Below, in pieces: positions 51,090 to 61,288 of a DNA stretch of 64,000 nt; position 1 is the first letter of the stretch, and each line of letters opens with the position of its first letter. This DNA is from an uncultured Nitrososphaerota archaeon. Lineage in GTDB: Archaea > Asgardarchaeota > Njordarchaeia > Njordarchaeales > Njordarchaeaceae. The notes below the pieces were generated by a model. That model was not told where the DNA came from and searched no databases. It saw only the letters and a program-made list of their open reading frames with translations. Location: contig CAZFGR010000003.1 in the NCBI GenBank assembly GCA_964518475.1, forward strand, positions 1 through 64,000, written 5' to 3'. The translations under genes were made by a program, and so were the position numbers.

Positions 51090-51767
51090 TTTTTGCCTCC
51101 TTTCAGCCACATAACGGCCTCTTAGCATTATCTCCCTATACTTCTTAAGAGCGCTAGATGCTTTGCTAAAGGTTTTTCTATATCCATTTTCGAAAGCGGA
51201 GAAAAATTCTTCGTCATGATCGTAATGAGTACTTGCTAAAGATGATCTAAAAACCCTTAATTCTACACCGAATTCTTCAATAGAATTTGTTACGTCTCCT
51301 AGCCCAAAATCTATAAAGACAAGCTCGTCGTTCTCCGCGTTAACCAGTATAATATTTGATGTTGTTAAATCACCATGAACTATTGAGTTCTCATGTAGCA
51401 TACCTACAAATTCCCCGATTTTAAGAAAGAGTTCTAATGCTTTTTTATGAGGTATTTTTTGAGAAAGCAACGCGTCTCTCAGTAGCTCTCCCCTAATAAA
51501 TTCCATTATAATAGAGCATTCTCGCAAATCAACTTCGTAAACAGTAGGGGCTGGAATACCAATTTTTTTAACGCTTCTTAATAACTTTGCTTCTCTCTTA
51601 GTTCTAGTCTTACGAATAACGGCATCTAACGTCTTAATTCTATAAGTTTTAGGTATACGCCACTTTTTAATGGCTGGTAAGCCATAGAATTCTCCGTAAT
51701 ATATGTAAGCCTCCGCTCCCTTTGCTATAAGTTTAAATGAATGCACGAGCTCTACCTCTCTAAGCAA
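51069..51767 (-). CDS. bud32: KEOPS kinase Bud32
   Basis: KGAEA, PK.YR, RT.REA, HGDLTTSN, IDFGL, RGRY. Confidence 0.94.
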   Translation of the reverse strand: MLREVELVHSFKLIAKGAEAYIYYGEFYGLPAIKKWRIPKTYRIKTLDAVIRKTRTKREAKLLRSVKKIGIPAPTVYEVDLRECSIIMEFIRGELLRDALLSQKIPHKKALELFLKIGEFVGMLHENSIVHGDLTTSNIILVNAENDELVFIDFGLGDVTNSIEEFGVELRVFRSSLASTHYDHDEEFFSAFENGYRKTFSKASSALKKYREIMLRGRYVAERRQKSFFSEF

Positions 51768-52035
51768 TCTATATTTTAGGATTTTAGATCTTTAACATCA
51801 TATTTCGTTAATGTATAACTCTTGTGCTTATTTTTATGAATTTATGAAGAATAAGATTGACATAAATGTACTGTTTAAAACAGTGATGAATTAAAGCTAT
51901 ACTTAAATAGTTAATTGCGTGTAATGGTTAATATATAGCATACCATATTATTCAACACGTTTTAATCTCGTCTAGAATGTATGTCGGAAAAATAATAAAA
52001 AATGTTGTTTATAATAGGCTATAGGGTGAATCTGT

Positions 52036-52347
52036 ATGAGAATTTATAGAGTTAAGGATCCTTATAGGGGAATATCTATATTTGATCCCTATACTGTAGC
52101 TGTTCTCTTAGCTCTCAGAGAGAGGGGAGAAGGAAACATCGGCGATATTAACAGAGCTGCTAGTAAATATGCGGAAATGCAACCGGCTACTACAACCAGA
52201 AAGCTAGAAGCACTGTATAGATATGGACTCGTTAAAATGATTAAGATTGAAAGAGCGAAAAACTGGATCGAGAAGAGATTTAAGCTTACGGATAAGGGCC
52301 AAAAAATCGCGGATGCCCTTGCAGAGGCTCTTCTCGGAGAACTATAG
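52036..52347 (+). CDS. winged-helix (HxlR/MarR-like) regulator
   Basis: T.TRKL..L...GLV...F.LTDKG..IA. Confidence 0.75.
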   Translation: MRIYRVKDPYRGISIFDPYTVAVLLALRERGEGNIGDINRAASKYAEMQPATTTRKLEALYRYGLVKMIKIERAKNWIEKRFKLTDKGQKIADALAEALLGEL

Positions 52348-52531
52348 TTCCATAAATCATTGCTAGAGAAAAACAAAAGCACAGTTATTGCTCAAACACC
52401 CCATTACTTATGTTTTTTAGTTTAGAAGAGGGGAGGTTTCTCACTGTTTCTTAATGTTGCGTTTTTTAGATAAAGGATGAAGAGTCATATTTCATTGGGT
52501 TCTTAGCATTATTGAGGAGTGTGTTCTTGGC

Positions 52532-53848
52532 GTGCTTCTGATAAGGAAGGGAAGAATTCTTAAAGGGAAACACTGGATACGAGTTAACATCGTCATTAAT
52601 GAAAGTGGAAAAATTGTGGACATATATAAATCTGATAATGTAAAACAGTTCTGGCTAGCAAAGGTAAATAATGTATACAATGCGAAGGAATTTCTGCTTC
52701 TCCCAGGCATCATAGATATGCATGTACATTTTAGAGAGCCTGGATTTGAATGGAAAGAGGATTTCTTAACAGGTAGCAAGTCAGCTATAGCCGGTGGAGT
52801 GACAATAATTGCGGATATGCCAAATAACGATCCAAAAATAGATTCATTTGAGATGTTCAAAAGGAAATTTGATTTAATTAAAGACAAAAGTTATTGTGAT
52901 TTCCTTCTCTATGTAGGGTTACCCAAGAATTCAATGGAATTGGAAAAATTTCTCAAGGTGAAAAATAGCTTCCCTTTACCAGCTGGTGTGAAAGTATATT
53001 TATACAATGCAGAAGAGGAAGATATACTCATACAGGAAGATCTTCCCCGAGATTTCTTATACGTAATTCATGCAGAGGATCACAGATATTTGACCCCAAT
53101 TTCCGATTGTGAAAGCTATTCTTCATTTGAAAAATCACGGCCTAGAGAAGCTGAAATTTCGGCTGTAAAGAAAATAATCGAGATTGCTAGAAAAAAACAG
53201 TTACGTTTTCATATAGCGCATCTGAGTAGCTACGAGGCCTTAATAGAGATTATCAAAGCTAAAAGAGAGGGTATAAAAATAACAGCGGAAGTCACGCCTC
53301 ATCACCTCATATTAAACAAGGAATTAGGGGAGAAATTGAAAGGAGTAGCTAAATGTTACCCTCCACTAAGAACAGAGTTAGACAGGCGTATGCTTTGGAG
53401 AGGGGTTTTATCGGGATATATAGACGCTATCGCTAGTGATCACGCGCCTCACGCTGCAGGAGAAAAGCTAGTAAACCTATGTAAGGCATCGCCGGGTATA
53501 AATGGGGTTCAGTTATTGTTACCCCTCATATATACTTTAATCAAAAAGACCCATGTACGAGATCTTGAGCCAATAATTAACGCCTTAACTAGAAACCCAG
53601 CGAAAATCTTAGGGCTGAAAAACAGGGGTAAAATAAAAATCGGTTTTTATGCTGACATTATCATTTTTAATCCAAGAAAAGAATGGAAAGTGACCTCTGA
53701 GGTACTCTTTAGTAAATCGTCAATAACACCATATGAAGGAATGCGAGTAAAGGGGTGGGTGAAAGCAACGTTTCTCCGGGGAAAATTAGTGTACGAAGAC
53801 ATGACTTTTCTAAAGAAGATAGGAACATACGCTACCATATTGCAATAA
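52532..53848 (+). CDS. pyrC: dihydroorotase (type I amidohydrolase)
   Basis: DMHVHFREPG, DMPN, HAED, EVTPHHL, PPLR, SDHAPH. Confidence 0.85.
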   Translation: MLLIRKGRILKGKHWIRVNIVINESGKIVDIYKSDNVKQFWLAKVNNVYNAKEFLLLPGIIDMHVHFREPGFEWKEDFLTGSKSAIAGGVTIIADMPNNDPKIDSFEMFKRKFDLIKDKSYCDFLLYVGLPKNSMELEKFLKVKNSFPLPAGVKVYLYNAEEEDILIQEDLPRDFLYVIHAEDHRYLTPISDCESYSSFEKSRPREAEISAVKKIIEIARKKQLRFHIAHLSSYEALIEIIKAKREGIKITAEVTPHHLILNKELGEKLKGVAKCYPPLRTELDRRMLWRGVLSGYIDAIASDHAPHAAGEKLVNLCKASPGINGVQLLLPLIYTLIKKTHVRDLEPIINALTRNPAKILGLKNRGKIKIGFYADIIIFNPRKEWKVTSEVLFSKSSITPYEGMRVKGWVKATFLRGKLVYEDMTFLKKIGTYATILQ

Positions 53849-54008
53849 TTGCCTAGAAATAGTGATTGTATCGAAAATTCTTCCTCTTTCTTGTTTCTTA
53901 AATAAACTAAAAGGACGATTACTTATGCTAGAGTATAATACTCTCTAGAAAGCTCTCGCTCATTTACTACGCAACAATAGCTTATACGGTAATTTCTGGT
54001 GAACTTTC

Positions 54009-55352
54009 ATGAGTTTACTGAATTATTTAGAACGAGTAGAATTGAAGAGATTTCATTATCGGCTCCTAATAATAGCTTCTCTGACCTACATGTTAACAGC
54101 TATGAATGTTCTCTTAATTTCTGGTGTATTGAAACGATTGGGGGTTGAATTAGCATTAAATCAAATACAGCTAAGCTATTTGCTGAGTAGTGGTTTCGTA
54201 GGCATGTTCTTCGGTGCCCTTCTCTTTGGACGCTTAGCAGACATTATAGGGAGAAAATGGGCCTTGATAATAACTATTACGATACATGGGGTATTCACAG
54301 CGTTATGCGGCACTACGCATGATTATGAATTATTACTTCTCTACAGATTTATAGCGGGGATAGGGCTAGGTGGTGCATTGCCGATTCCTGGAGTATACAT
54401 ATCCGAGTATACGCCAGCAAAGTATCGGGGAACTTTCGTTGGCTTAGTTGAGACAGCATGGGTCTGGGGGGCAATCCTGAGTCTCTTGATCCCATTAGTG
54501 TTCATAGAGACTATTGACTGGGAAGGGGTACTTCTATGGGGCTTACTCGCCTTAATTTTGGTTCCCCTTATTGTCGTTTATTTGCCAGAATCAATAAGAT
54601 ATTTAGAAGAGAAGGGTAGAATTGATAAGGCTATCCATATATTAAAGAAGTATAGCTTAGTAGTGGGAGAAGTAAAGGTTTCCCGGAGGCCGAGTAGTAA
54701 AGTTCGTTGGATAGAGCTTTTTCGTGGAGAATATGCGAAAAGAACGATTCTCCTAATGAGCCTATGGTTTATCTTAGTTTATACTTACTATGGAGTTTTC
54801 CTCTGGTTACCTAAGATATTAGCCGATAAGTATCCCCAGTATTCCCTACTAGTCGCTTTATCATGGAGTATTCTAATAATCGCTGCTCAAATTCCCGGAT
54901 ATTATAGTGCAGCGTTTCTACTTGATAAATTAGGTAGAAAGAAAGTTCTTGCGGGTTACTTAATAGGAGCAGGTATAGGATCTATTATTGTGAGTATCGC
55001 TGATTATTGGGAAATAGGTACTATCCGGATAGGAGCTTACAGCATAGGCTTATTACTTTCGGCAGGCTTCATCATAGTATCGTTCTTTAACCTAGGAGCT
55101 TGGTCAGGTCTATACACATATACACCAGAACTGTATCCAACAGACTATAGAGGTACTGGAGCGGGAATAGCAGCGGCAACGGGAAGAGTGGCGGGTATTA
55201 TAGCACCTGTGGTCACGGGATTATTACAAATGGGCGGTAGCCTTGTAGCAGCGTACCTAGTATTCTTCTTCATGCATCTAATTGGAGGATTACTTGTGAT
55301 AATGATCGGACCAGAAACGAAAGGTTTAAGGCTAGAAGATATCTCGAAATAA
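54009..55352 (+). CDS. MFS transporter (SV2/NiaP-like)
   Basis: G.LADIIGRK, PESIRYL, YTPELYPT..RGTG, PETKG. Confidence 0.9.
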   Translation: MSLLNYLERVELKRFHYRLLIIASLTYMLTAMNVLLISGVLKRLGVELALNQIQLSYLLSSGFVGMFFGALLFGRLADIIGRKWALIITITIHGVFTALCGTTHDYELLLLYRFIAGIGLGGALPIPGVYISEYTPAKYRGTFVGLVETAWVWGAILSLLIPLVFIETIDWEGVLLWGLLALILVPLIVVYLPESIRYLEEKGRIDKAIHILKKYSLVVGEVKVSRRPSSKVRWIELFRGEYAKRTILLMSLWFILVYTYYGVFLWLPKILADKYPQYSLLVALSWSILIIAAQIPGYYSAAFLLDKLGRKKVLAGYLIGAGIGSIIVSIADYWEIGTIRIGAYSIGLLLSAGFIIVSFFNLGAWSGLYTYTPELYPTDYRGTGAGIAAATGRVAGIIAPVVTGLLQMGGSLVAAYLVFFFMHLIGGLLVIMIGPETKGLRLEDISK

Positions 55353-55367
55353 AAAGATGCTTGCTCG

Positions 55368-55425
55368 ATGATGAGAGACCGGGCACTTAGAAAGATATTT
55401 TCATGCTGATGCTTGAAAGGGCTGA
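55368..55425 (+). ncRNA. C/D box guide sRNA (probable tRNA target)
   Basis: C ATGATGA - GAGACCGGGCA - degenerate D' CTTA - hairpin GAAA/TTTC - C' ATGCTGA - TGCTTGAAAGGG - D CTGA; intergenic. Confidence 0.68.
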
Positions 55426-55497
55426 GATCTTTTGCAACAGAATTTTTTTATTTTCATAAGTCTTCTTTTTTCTTGCATGACTTATTGGTGAAAAAAG

Positions 55498-56202
55498 ATG
55501 TTTTCTCTAGACAGACCTACGAGTATCTTTGAAATTAGGTGGTGGGGTCACGCCTGTTTTAGTATCTACAACAAAGCTATAGGGTTAACTATAATTTTTG
55601 ACCCATTTAGAAGAGAGATTGGTAAATTCTCCCTTGAGGGATTGAAGGGAGATATTATTCTTTGTTCGCATGATCATTTCGATCACGCTAATTGGCAAAA
55701 AGTTGCCAAGTGGGATTCCCAACATTTCATAGGTCTTGTGGGAGATAGAAACGTTAAGGATGTAAAAATCCGTGGTATTCTGACTTACCATGACGATAAA
55801 AGAGGCAAAGAACGGGGTACAAACACTGTTTACGTAGTAGGATACGGAGATGGGGTCTTTGTTCACTTAGGAGATCTTGGTCATACGCTTTCTCAAGATC
55901 ATGTAGAAAGAATAAGAGTTTTTGGTAGGCCTCACGTACTCTTTATACCTATTGGGGGAGTTTTCACTATAGGACCTAAGGAAGCTGTAACCGTTATTAG
56001 ACAAGTAAATCCCCACATAGTTATTCCGATGCATTATTATAGTGAAAAATTAAACCAGAGAATTTTTGGAAAACTTCACCGGCTAGACGATTTTCTCAAC
56101 GTGTGGGGTGGACCGGTAGAAAAAGTGGAGAATAATACATTTGAATTAAATATTAATGAAGTACCAGAGGAACCCACAGTATATGTACTACGCCAGCCTT
56201 AA
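55498..56202 (+). CDS. MBL-fold metallo-hydrolase
   Basis: W.GHACF, SHDHFDH, HLGDLG, IPMHY. Confidence 0.9.
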   Translation: MFSLDRPTSIFEIRWWGHACFSIYNKAIGLTIIFDPFRREIGKFSLEGLKGDIILCSHDHFDHANWQKVAKWDSQHFIGLVGDRNVKDVKIRGILTYHDDKRGKERGTNTVYVVGYGDGVFVHLGDLGHTLSQDHVERIRVFGRPHVLFIPIGGVFTIGPKEAVTVIRQVNPHIVIPMHYYSEKLNQRIFGKLHRLDDFLNVWGGPVEKVENNTFELNINEVPEEPTVYVLRQP

Positions 56203-56293
56203 AATCTCTTAGCGATAATCCTTTGATATGTGCTAAAAACTTCTAAAAATCTGGGATTTAACTGAAAATTTAGAGGTTTTTAGAGGGAGTTGC

Positions 56294-56863
56294 ATGCCTA
56301 TTCATTATCAAGTAGAAACGTGGAGTAGCATCATTAAAAAAACTCTAAAATTATGTAAAAAAGTGGAAGAATCGGGATTTCGCCCAGATATTATTGTTTC
56401 TATACTCCGTGGTGGTGCCGTTCCTGCAGCTATTTTTTCGGATTATTTCGGGGTAAAGGACATAGCACCTATTCGTATAGTTTTCTACAAAAGGGTTAGT
56501 GAGACCTCCGAACAACCCCAAATTGTACATCCTCTAACAATAGATGTTTCTGGAAAAAACGTCTTAATAGTTGACGATGTAGCAGATACTGGAAAAACTC
56601 TCAAACTAGCACTAGAGCACGTTAAATCAAAAAATGCCAAGGAGGTTAAGATAGCAACTATTCATCTAAAGCCATGGAGCATATTAGTTCCCGACTTCTT
56701 CATCGAAACTACAGATAAATGGATCGTTTATCCTTGGGAGTACCATGAGTTCATAAAAGAAATGACGGAAAGATTAACCAAAGGTGAGCTGAAGGGAGAA
56801 GATGCTGAGAGGGCTAAAGAAGCACTAAACGAGATAAAGGCAATATTAGCTGGTTTGATCTGA
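56294..56863 (+). CDS. purine phosphoribosyltransferase family protein
   Basis: LRGG, VLIVDDVADTGKTL, WIVYPWE. Confidence 0.9.
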   Translation: MPIHYQVETWSSIIKKTLKLCKKVEESGFRPDIIVSILRGGAVPAAIFSDYFGVKDIAPIRIVFYKRVSETSEQPQIVHPLTIDVSGKNVLIVDDVADTGKTLKLALEHVKSKNAKEVKIATIHLKPWSILVPDFFIETTDKWIVYPWEYHEFIKEMTERLTKGELKGEDAERAKEALNEIKAILAGLI

Positions 56864-57841
56864 TCCCCACGGAATGAAAACTCGGTCTATTCTCCATAGA
56901 GGTTTTACCAAACTCTCTTCTATTCTTAATGGCTTTCCGTACTTATAAGCTAAAACTGTAGTCCAAGCTATCATGGCGCCGTTATCTCCGTTCCATTTTT
57001 TACTCCAATAAAACGTCACATTATGTTCTTTACATATATTTTCAAGCATTTCCCTTAGTCTTTTATTTGCTGCTACACCGCCTACAATCAGTAATTCTCT
57101 CTTTCTAGTATGGACTAAGGCTCTCTCTGTCACCTCTGTAAGCATGGCGAAAGCCACCTCCTGTATACTCCTACATAACGTATGTACCGGCACTCCCTTT
57201 CTTAAAAGCTTAATAGCTTGCGTGAGGATTCCAGAAAATGATAAATCTGTTCCCTTAACTATATAGGGAAGCTCGACGAAATCAGAAGACTCTCTAGCAA
57301 GTTTTTCACATAATGCTCCAGCAGGAGAGGGATAACCAGCAGCACGCATAAACATATCTATTAAGTTTCCTATCGATATATCTAATGTTTCTCCAAAAAC
57401 GCGATAATATCCCTTCTCCAGTGCTACGATCATTGTATGACCGCCAGAAACAAGAACAACCAAGGGATCTTTCGCGCCAGTTAATTTCTTTCCTATCTCT
57501 ATATGAGCAACACCGTGATGAATACCGAAGAGTGGGATATCTAAGTAACTAGCTATTGCGCGAGCTACTGTAGCACCAACGCGTAAGCAGGGACCGAGAC
57601 CGGGGCCTTGAGAAAAGCCGATAGCCACTAGATCTCCTCCTCTTTCCTTGATATAATCGATCGCTTTTTTGAGGATCTCTGGAGCTACTTTTGAGTGATG
57701 TTCACTAGCTTCTCTAGGATGTATGCCACCTTTTTCTGGGATATATTGATGAGAAAAGTCCACAATGTCTGAACCATCTATAGAAGCCACACCCACACCA
57801 AAGGTATGTGCAGTAGCTTCTATTCCTAGCACATATTTCAA
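56846..57841 (-). CDS. kae1: KEOPS t6A synthase Kae1
   Basis: LGIEATAHT, GGIHPRE, GPGLGPCL, H..AHIE, SGG, GETLD, GGVAAN, DNGAMIA; TTG start after AGGTG. Confidence 0.96.
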   Translation of the reverse strand: MKYVLGIEATAHTFGVGVASIDGSDIVDFSHQYIPEKGGIHPREASEHHSKVAPEILKKAIDYIKERGGDLVAIGFSQGPGLGPCLRVGATVARAIASYLDIPLFGIHHGVAHIEIGKKLTGAKDPLVVLVSGGHTMIVALEKGYYRVFGETLDISIGNLIDMFMRAAGYPSPAGALCEKLARESSDFVELPYIVKGTDLSFSGILTQAIKLLRKGVPVHTLCRSIQEVAFAMLTEVTERALVHTRKRELLIVGGVAANKRLREMLENICKEHNVTFYWSKKWNGDNGAMIAWTTVLAYKYGKPLRIEESLVKPLWRIDRVFIPWGSDQTS

Positions 57842-57860
57842 GAGTACAGCCACCTTTTTA

Positions 57861-58544
57861 TCAGATTTCGGCGTTTTCTTCATTGGCTTCCTCAGCGACC
57901 ACTCCCTTCATCATCTCTTTTTGGTGCATGTAACCAATGATAGTTACTACTTCCTTAAATATTCCCCACATCTTCTCAAAACTATACTTTGTAGCTATAT
58001 TATTTACTTCGTGAAATAGTTCATTTATCGAAGCTAAAGTAGTTTCTCCTTTTAAAAACATATCAAGACGAACCGCAACTTCCCTTAACAAGGGGTGGAC
58101 TTCGTTGAGATATTCTGGAAACAGTGGTAACTCTTCTTCTAGAACGTATTTCTTAGACAACCAGAGCGTTAAATACGAGATATATGCGTTATCCCACTCA
58201 TGCCAGTTTAAAGCTTCTGTTTCAAATTTTTTTAAACAAGTGTCCAAGTATCCGTAACATTTCATCAGGTTCTCATCATCTTTAAACAACTTGTAAGTAA
58301 CCAGTGCTGCGAACAACGGAAGAATGGCGGAGGAATGCTTGTTATGCTTTATCTCAAATTTTCCTATCTCAAAAAGCTGATCAGCTACGTAAATTAAATT
58401 ATCGCTTGGTTCTTCTCTGGAAGATAATTCCTCACAAAAGGTATCAAGTAGCTTTTTTCGTTTTTCATCGATTTTCTTTATTTCATCAATTCTATGGAGT
58501 AGTGATGAGATATCCCGTTTCTCATTTAATTGATTGTTTTTCAT
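57861..58544 (-). CDS. hypothetical all-alpha (TPR-like) protein
   Basis: 227-aa ORF with GAGGTGA SD; helical-repeat pattern. Confidence 0.6.
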   Translation of the reverse strand: MKNNQLNEKRDISSLLHRIDEIKKIDEKRKKLLDTFCEELSSREEPSDNLIYVADQLFEIGKFEIKHNKHSSAILPLFAALVTYKLFKDDENLMKCYGYLDTCLKKFETEALNWHEWDNAYISYLTLWLSKKYVLEEELPLFPEYLNEVHPLLREVAVRLDMFLKGETTLASINELFHEVNNIATKYSFEKMWGIFKEVVTIIGYMHQKEMMKGVVAEEANEENAEI

Positions 58545-58553
58545 GATATCACC

Positions 58554-58603
58554 TCAGTTAACTTCGGGCTCATCATTTGATCAGCTAGGGTGTCCATCAT
58601 CAC
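58554..58603 (-). ncRNA. C/D box guide sRNA (D guide complementary to conserved 23S rRNA UAACUUCGGG)
   Basis: C GTGATGA - TGGACACCCTAG - D' CTGA - C' ATGATGA - GCCCGAAGTTAA - D CTGA; all four boxes perfect. Confidence 0.9.
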
Positions 58604-58754
58604 CAAGATTTTACTCCTAAGAATCTGCGAGTTCTCATAGTTATTAAAATAGCCGTGATAATTCATAATTTTACTTTTACTGAAGCGGAGGCTATATTTA
58701 GAAGAATGCTTTTTCTCAAGCAATGTAACAAAAAGGTTTTAAAGAGACGTTTTA

Positions 58755-58815
58755 TCAGCCCCCGGATCCTTCATCATTTTTCTTGATTATCAGCGGAGTA
58801 AACGAGTTTCATCAC
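58755..58815 (-). ncRNA. C/D box guide sRNA
   Basis: C GTGATGA - AACTCGTTTACTCCG - D' CTGA - C' ATGATGA - AGGATCCGGGGG - D CTGA. Confidence 0.88.
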
Positions 58816-58899
58816 AAAATAGAGTAGCTGAGTTTGGTGAAATTATATGCCGTTTCTATAGAAGTATATTTGATGCATAGTTTTATTTCCCTTATTTTC

Positions 58900-59961
58900 T
58901 TACTTCCCCAGCAATCTTTGAGCATAATACTGAGCTACGAGCTCGAATCCCATAGCATTAGACATAACGGGATCATCCGGAATTATTATTTGATCAGGGC
59001 TTTTTACAAATCCACTACTTAGTAATGCTTCTTTTAGTTTAGGACCGAGGAAGTAAACTCCACCACCTACTAGGATGAAATATTTTATTAGTGCATCGGG
59101 GGGTAGTGAATCCATTAAGCGGCTCAACTCGTCCATTATTACTCTCGCCACGTACTCTGATAAAGCATTAACTTGAGGAGAGATATCGTATGAGGCACCA
59201 CCTATGTTGACAACCATATTTCCTTTTTCGAGGGAAGCAATAAGTAACTCTGGCTTTATCATTCTACCCGTTTTTTCGTTTAGATACTGGGCCAGTTTTG
59301 TAACAATAGTATCAACAGCTTCAACAATAGATCCACTGGCAGTTCTGAGTATCGTACCATTATATATTGTAAGAATATCTGTCGAACCATAGCCAATATC
59401 AATTATTACGGAATCAATTGCTGTTCTCTCCCCTCTTCGCTTCAATACATAATACCAGGAACCATAAGGCTCCGGCATGACAGGAGCTGCAACAATTTTG
59501 GCTTTAATTATTTTCTTATCACCAGTAGCATCGTTTTTTATCCTTATTTCGTGAGTCCCTACTATGCTCTTGCTTAAGGCCTCCATTTCCCCTTGCCCAG
59601 TTGCCACGGGTACTCCAGTAGCGATAACAAAAGTTTCTTCTGGTCTCTCGGCTATTAGACCTAGTGCTGCTTTAACAGCAATTAAAGCATCACGAGCACT
59701 TTTCATACGTCCTTCTCGTGCTAGAGGAATCTTAACCATCGATTGCAACCGGGCTAGCTCTCCAACGTAGTATTCTTCACCATTTTCAAGTTCTATCACT
59801 AAATTATTTTCCCAACTTTTGTCTGTTGTTATTCCTCGGAATCCTGGATTTGGTTCTCCAATCATGCTGGGAAACTTTAATCTCTTTGTACCAGCCGATA
59901 TTTTTATTGAAGATGTGCCTAAGTCTATGCCAACTGTTCTGATCTTGCTAAACAAGCTCAT
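58900..59961 (-). CDS. actin-fold ATPase, ParM/StbA (Ta0583-like) family
   Basis: Phosphate-1 GIDLGTSSIK, FPS, YYVGELA, TGVP, connect-1 PEPYGS, phosphate-2 IDIGYGSTD, adenosine LVGGG, NAMGF. Confidence 0.88.
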   Translation of the reverse strand: MSLFSKIRTVGIDLGTSSIKISAGTKRLKFPSMIGEPNPGFRGITTDKSWENNLVIELENGEEYYVGELARLQSMVKIPLAREGRMKSARDALIAVKAALGLIAERPEETFVIATGVPVATGQGEMEALSKSIVGTHEIRIKNDATGDKKIIKAKIVAAPVMPEPYGSWYYVLKRRGERTAIDSVIIDIGYGSTDILTIYNGTILRTASGSIVEAVDTIVTKLAQYLNEKTGRMIKPELLIASLEKGNMVVNIGGASYDISPQVNALSEYVARVIMDELSRLMDSLPPDALIKYFILVGGGVYFLGPKLKEALLSSGFVKSPDQIIIPDDPVMSNAMGFELVAQYYAQRLLGK

Positions 59962-60140
59962 AAATACCACCACTCAGAAGTTTTATTCCTAAAAATTAAC
60001 ATTTAAACATCCTTCCCTATAATATTAATGTTAATGCTTGGTTTCTTTTTCAATACAGAACATTACAGAAAGCTACGTTCCATCCTAACTTTACACTAGT
60101 GTTAATCACTTAGCATACCTACTATGTGGGAGGGAGGACC

Positions 60141-61226
60141 ATGTCTGCAGGGACATTGGCGGAATTATGGAGATTTACTATAGATCGTGGCGCTTTCTCT
60201 CCGATAATTGGGGATGCTGACAATAATGGAGTACCTGAAATAATTGTTGGTGCACGTAATGGATTTTTGTATTACCTAACCTTAGATGGTCAGGAACTAT
60301 GGAGTACTAAGATCGCTGATCAACCAGTAAGAACACCAGTAATAAGAGACATTGATAATGATGGACAAAATGAGGTCTTAGTTCCAACGTATGGGGGTGC
60401 ATTATTAGCATTTAGAGGAAACAAACTATTATGGAGGTTCAGTAGGTTCAGAAGCATTGTAGAACCACCTGTTATAGAAGATATAAACGGTGATGGAGAA
60501 GACGAGATCGTTGCAGGTTCGAAAGATCATTCTCTTCGCGTTATCAAAAACGGAAAAGAACTATGGCTCATTAGATTCAATGATTGGGTTTATCAACCGG
60601 CTGTTGGAGATGTAAACGGAGACGAAGAGACAGAAATAGTTGCTGGTAGTGCTGATCGCACATTAAGGATCCTTAAGGGTGATAAAGAAATTGTGAGATT
60701 AACGTTTGGAGGAGGAGTGTGGGAACCAGTACTAAGTGATATCGATAAGGATAATATTCCAGAGATTATCGTTGGATGCGGTGATGGTTTCTTAAGAGTA
60801 CTTAAGGAGAAAGAGATTATGCTAGAACTGAACTTTAGAAATCCTGTATTCACTCCCACAATAGCTGATATTGATAATGACGGAAAACCAGAAGCTATTG
60901 TCTGTGCGACACCAAATCTCACACATGTTGTAAAATTGCCGTCAGGAGAACTATTAGCCAGCTATAGAGGAATAGCAGGGGATAAACCAGCGGTAGGAGA
61001 TATTGACGGAGATAATAAACCAGAGATTATTATAGGAGCTCCCAATGGTACGTTAAGCGTCCTAAAGTATGAAGAGAACAAGCTTAAGCCTCTAGTTTCA
61101 CTCAGATACCAAGGAGCTGGAGTATATCCACCATTAATCTACGATATTAACAATGATGGTTTAAATGAAATAATCATCGGGGTTCGAGGCATTGGGGTAA
61201 TTGCTCTAAGATACCTGATTCAATAA
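60141..61226 (+). CDS. 8-bladed FG-GAP/VCBS calcium-blade beta-propeller, no signal peptide
   Basis: Eight ~40-aa repeats P.(I/V).D(I/V)(D/N).DG..EI(I/V)(V/A)G. Confidence 0.88.
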   Translation: MSAGTLAELWRFTIDRGAFSPIIGDADNNGVPEIIVGARNGFLYYLTLDGQELWSTKIADQPVRTPVIRDIDNDGQNEVLVPTYGGALLAFRGNKLLWRFSRFRSIVEPPVIEDINGDGEDEIVAGSKDHSLRVIKNGKELWLIRFNDWVYQPAVGDVNGDEETEIVAGSADRTLRILKGDKEIVRLTFGGGVWEPVLSDIDKDNIPEIIVGCGDGFLRVLKEKEIMLELNFRNPVFTPTIADIDNDGKPEAIVCATPNLTHVVKLPSGELLASYRGIAGDKPAVGDIDGDNKPEIIIGAPNGTLSVLKYEENKLKPLVSLRYQGAGVYPPLIYDINNDGLNEIIIGVRGIGVIALRYLIQ

Positions 61227-61288
61227 AGCATAATATTATTCGTAATTTTGTACCATTTTTTATTAATTCTCCTGAAGGAGTATAAACG

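Noticed and set aside
51870-51884. Palindrome ACTGTTT-A-AAACAGT between bud32 and the wHTH gene
   Set aside because: Single short AT-rich palindrome; a plausible operator but unsupported
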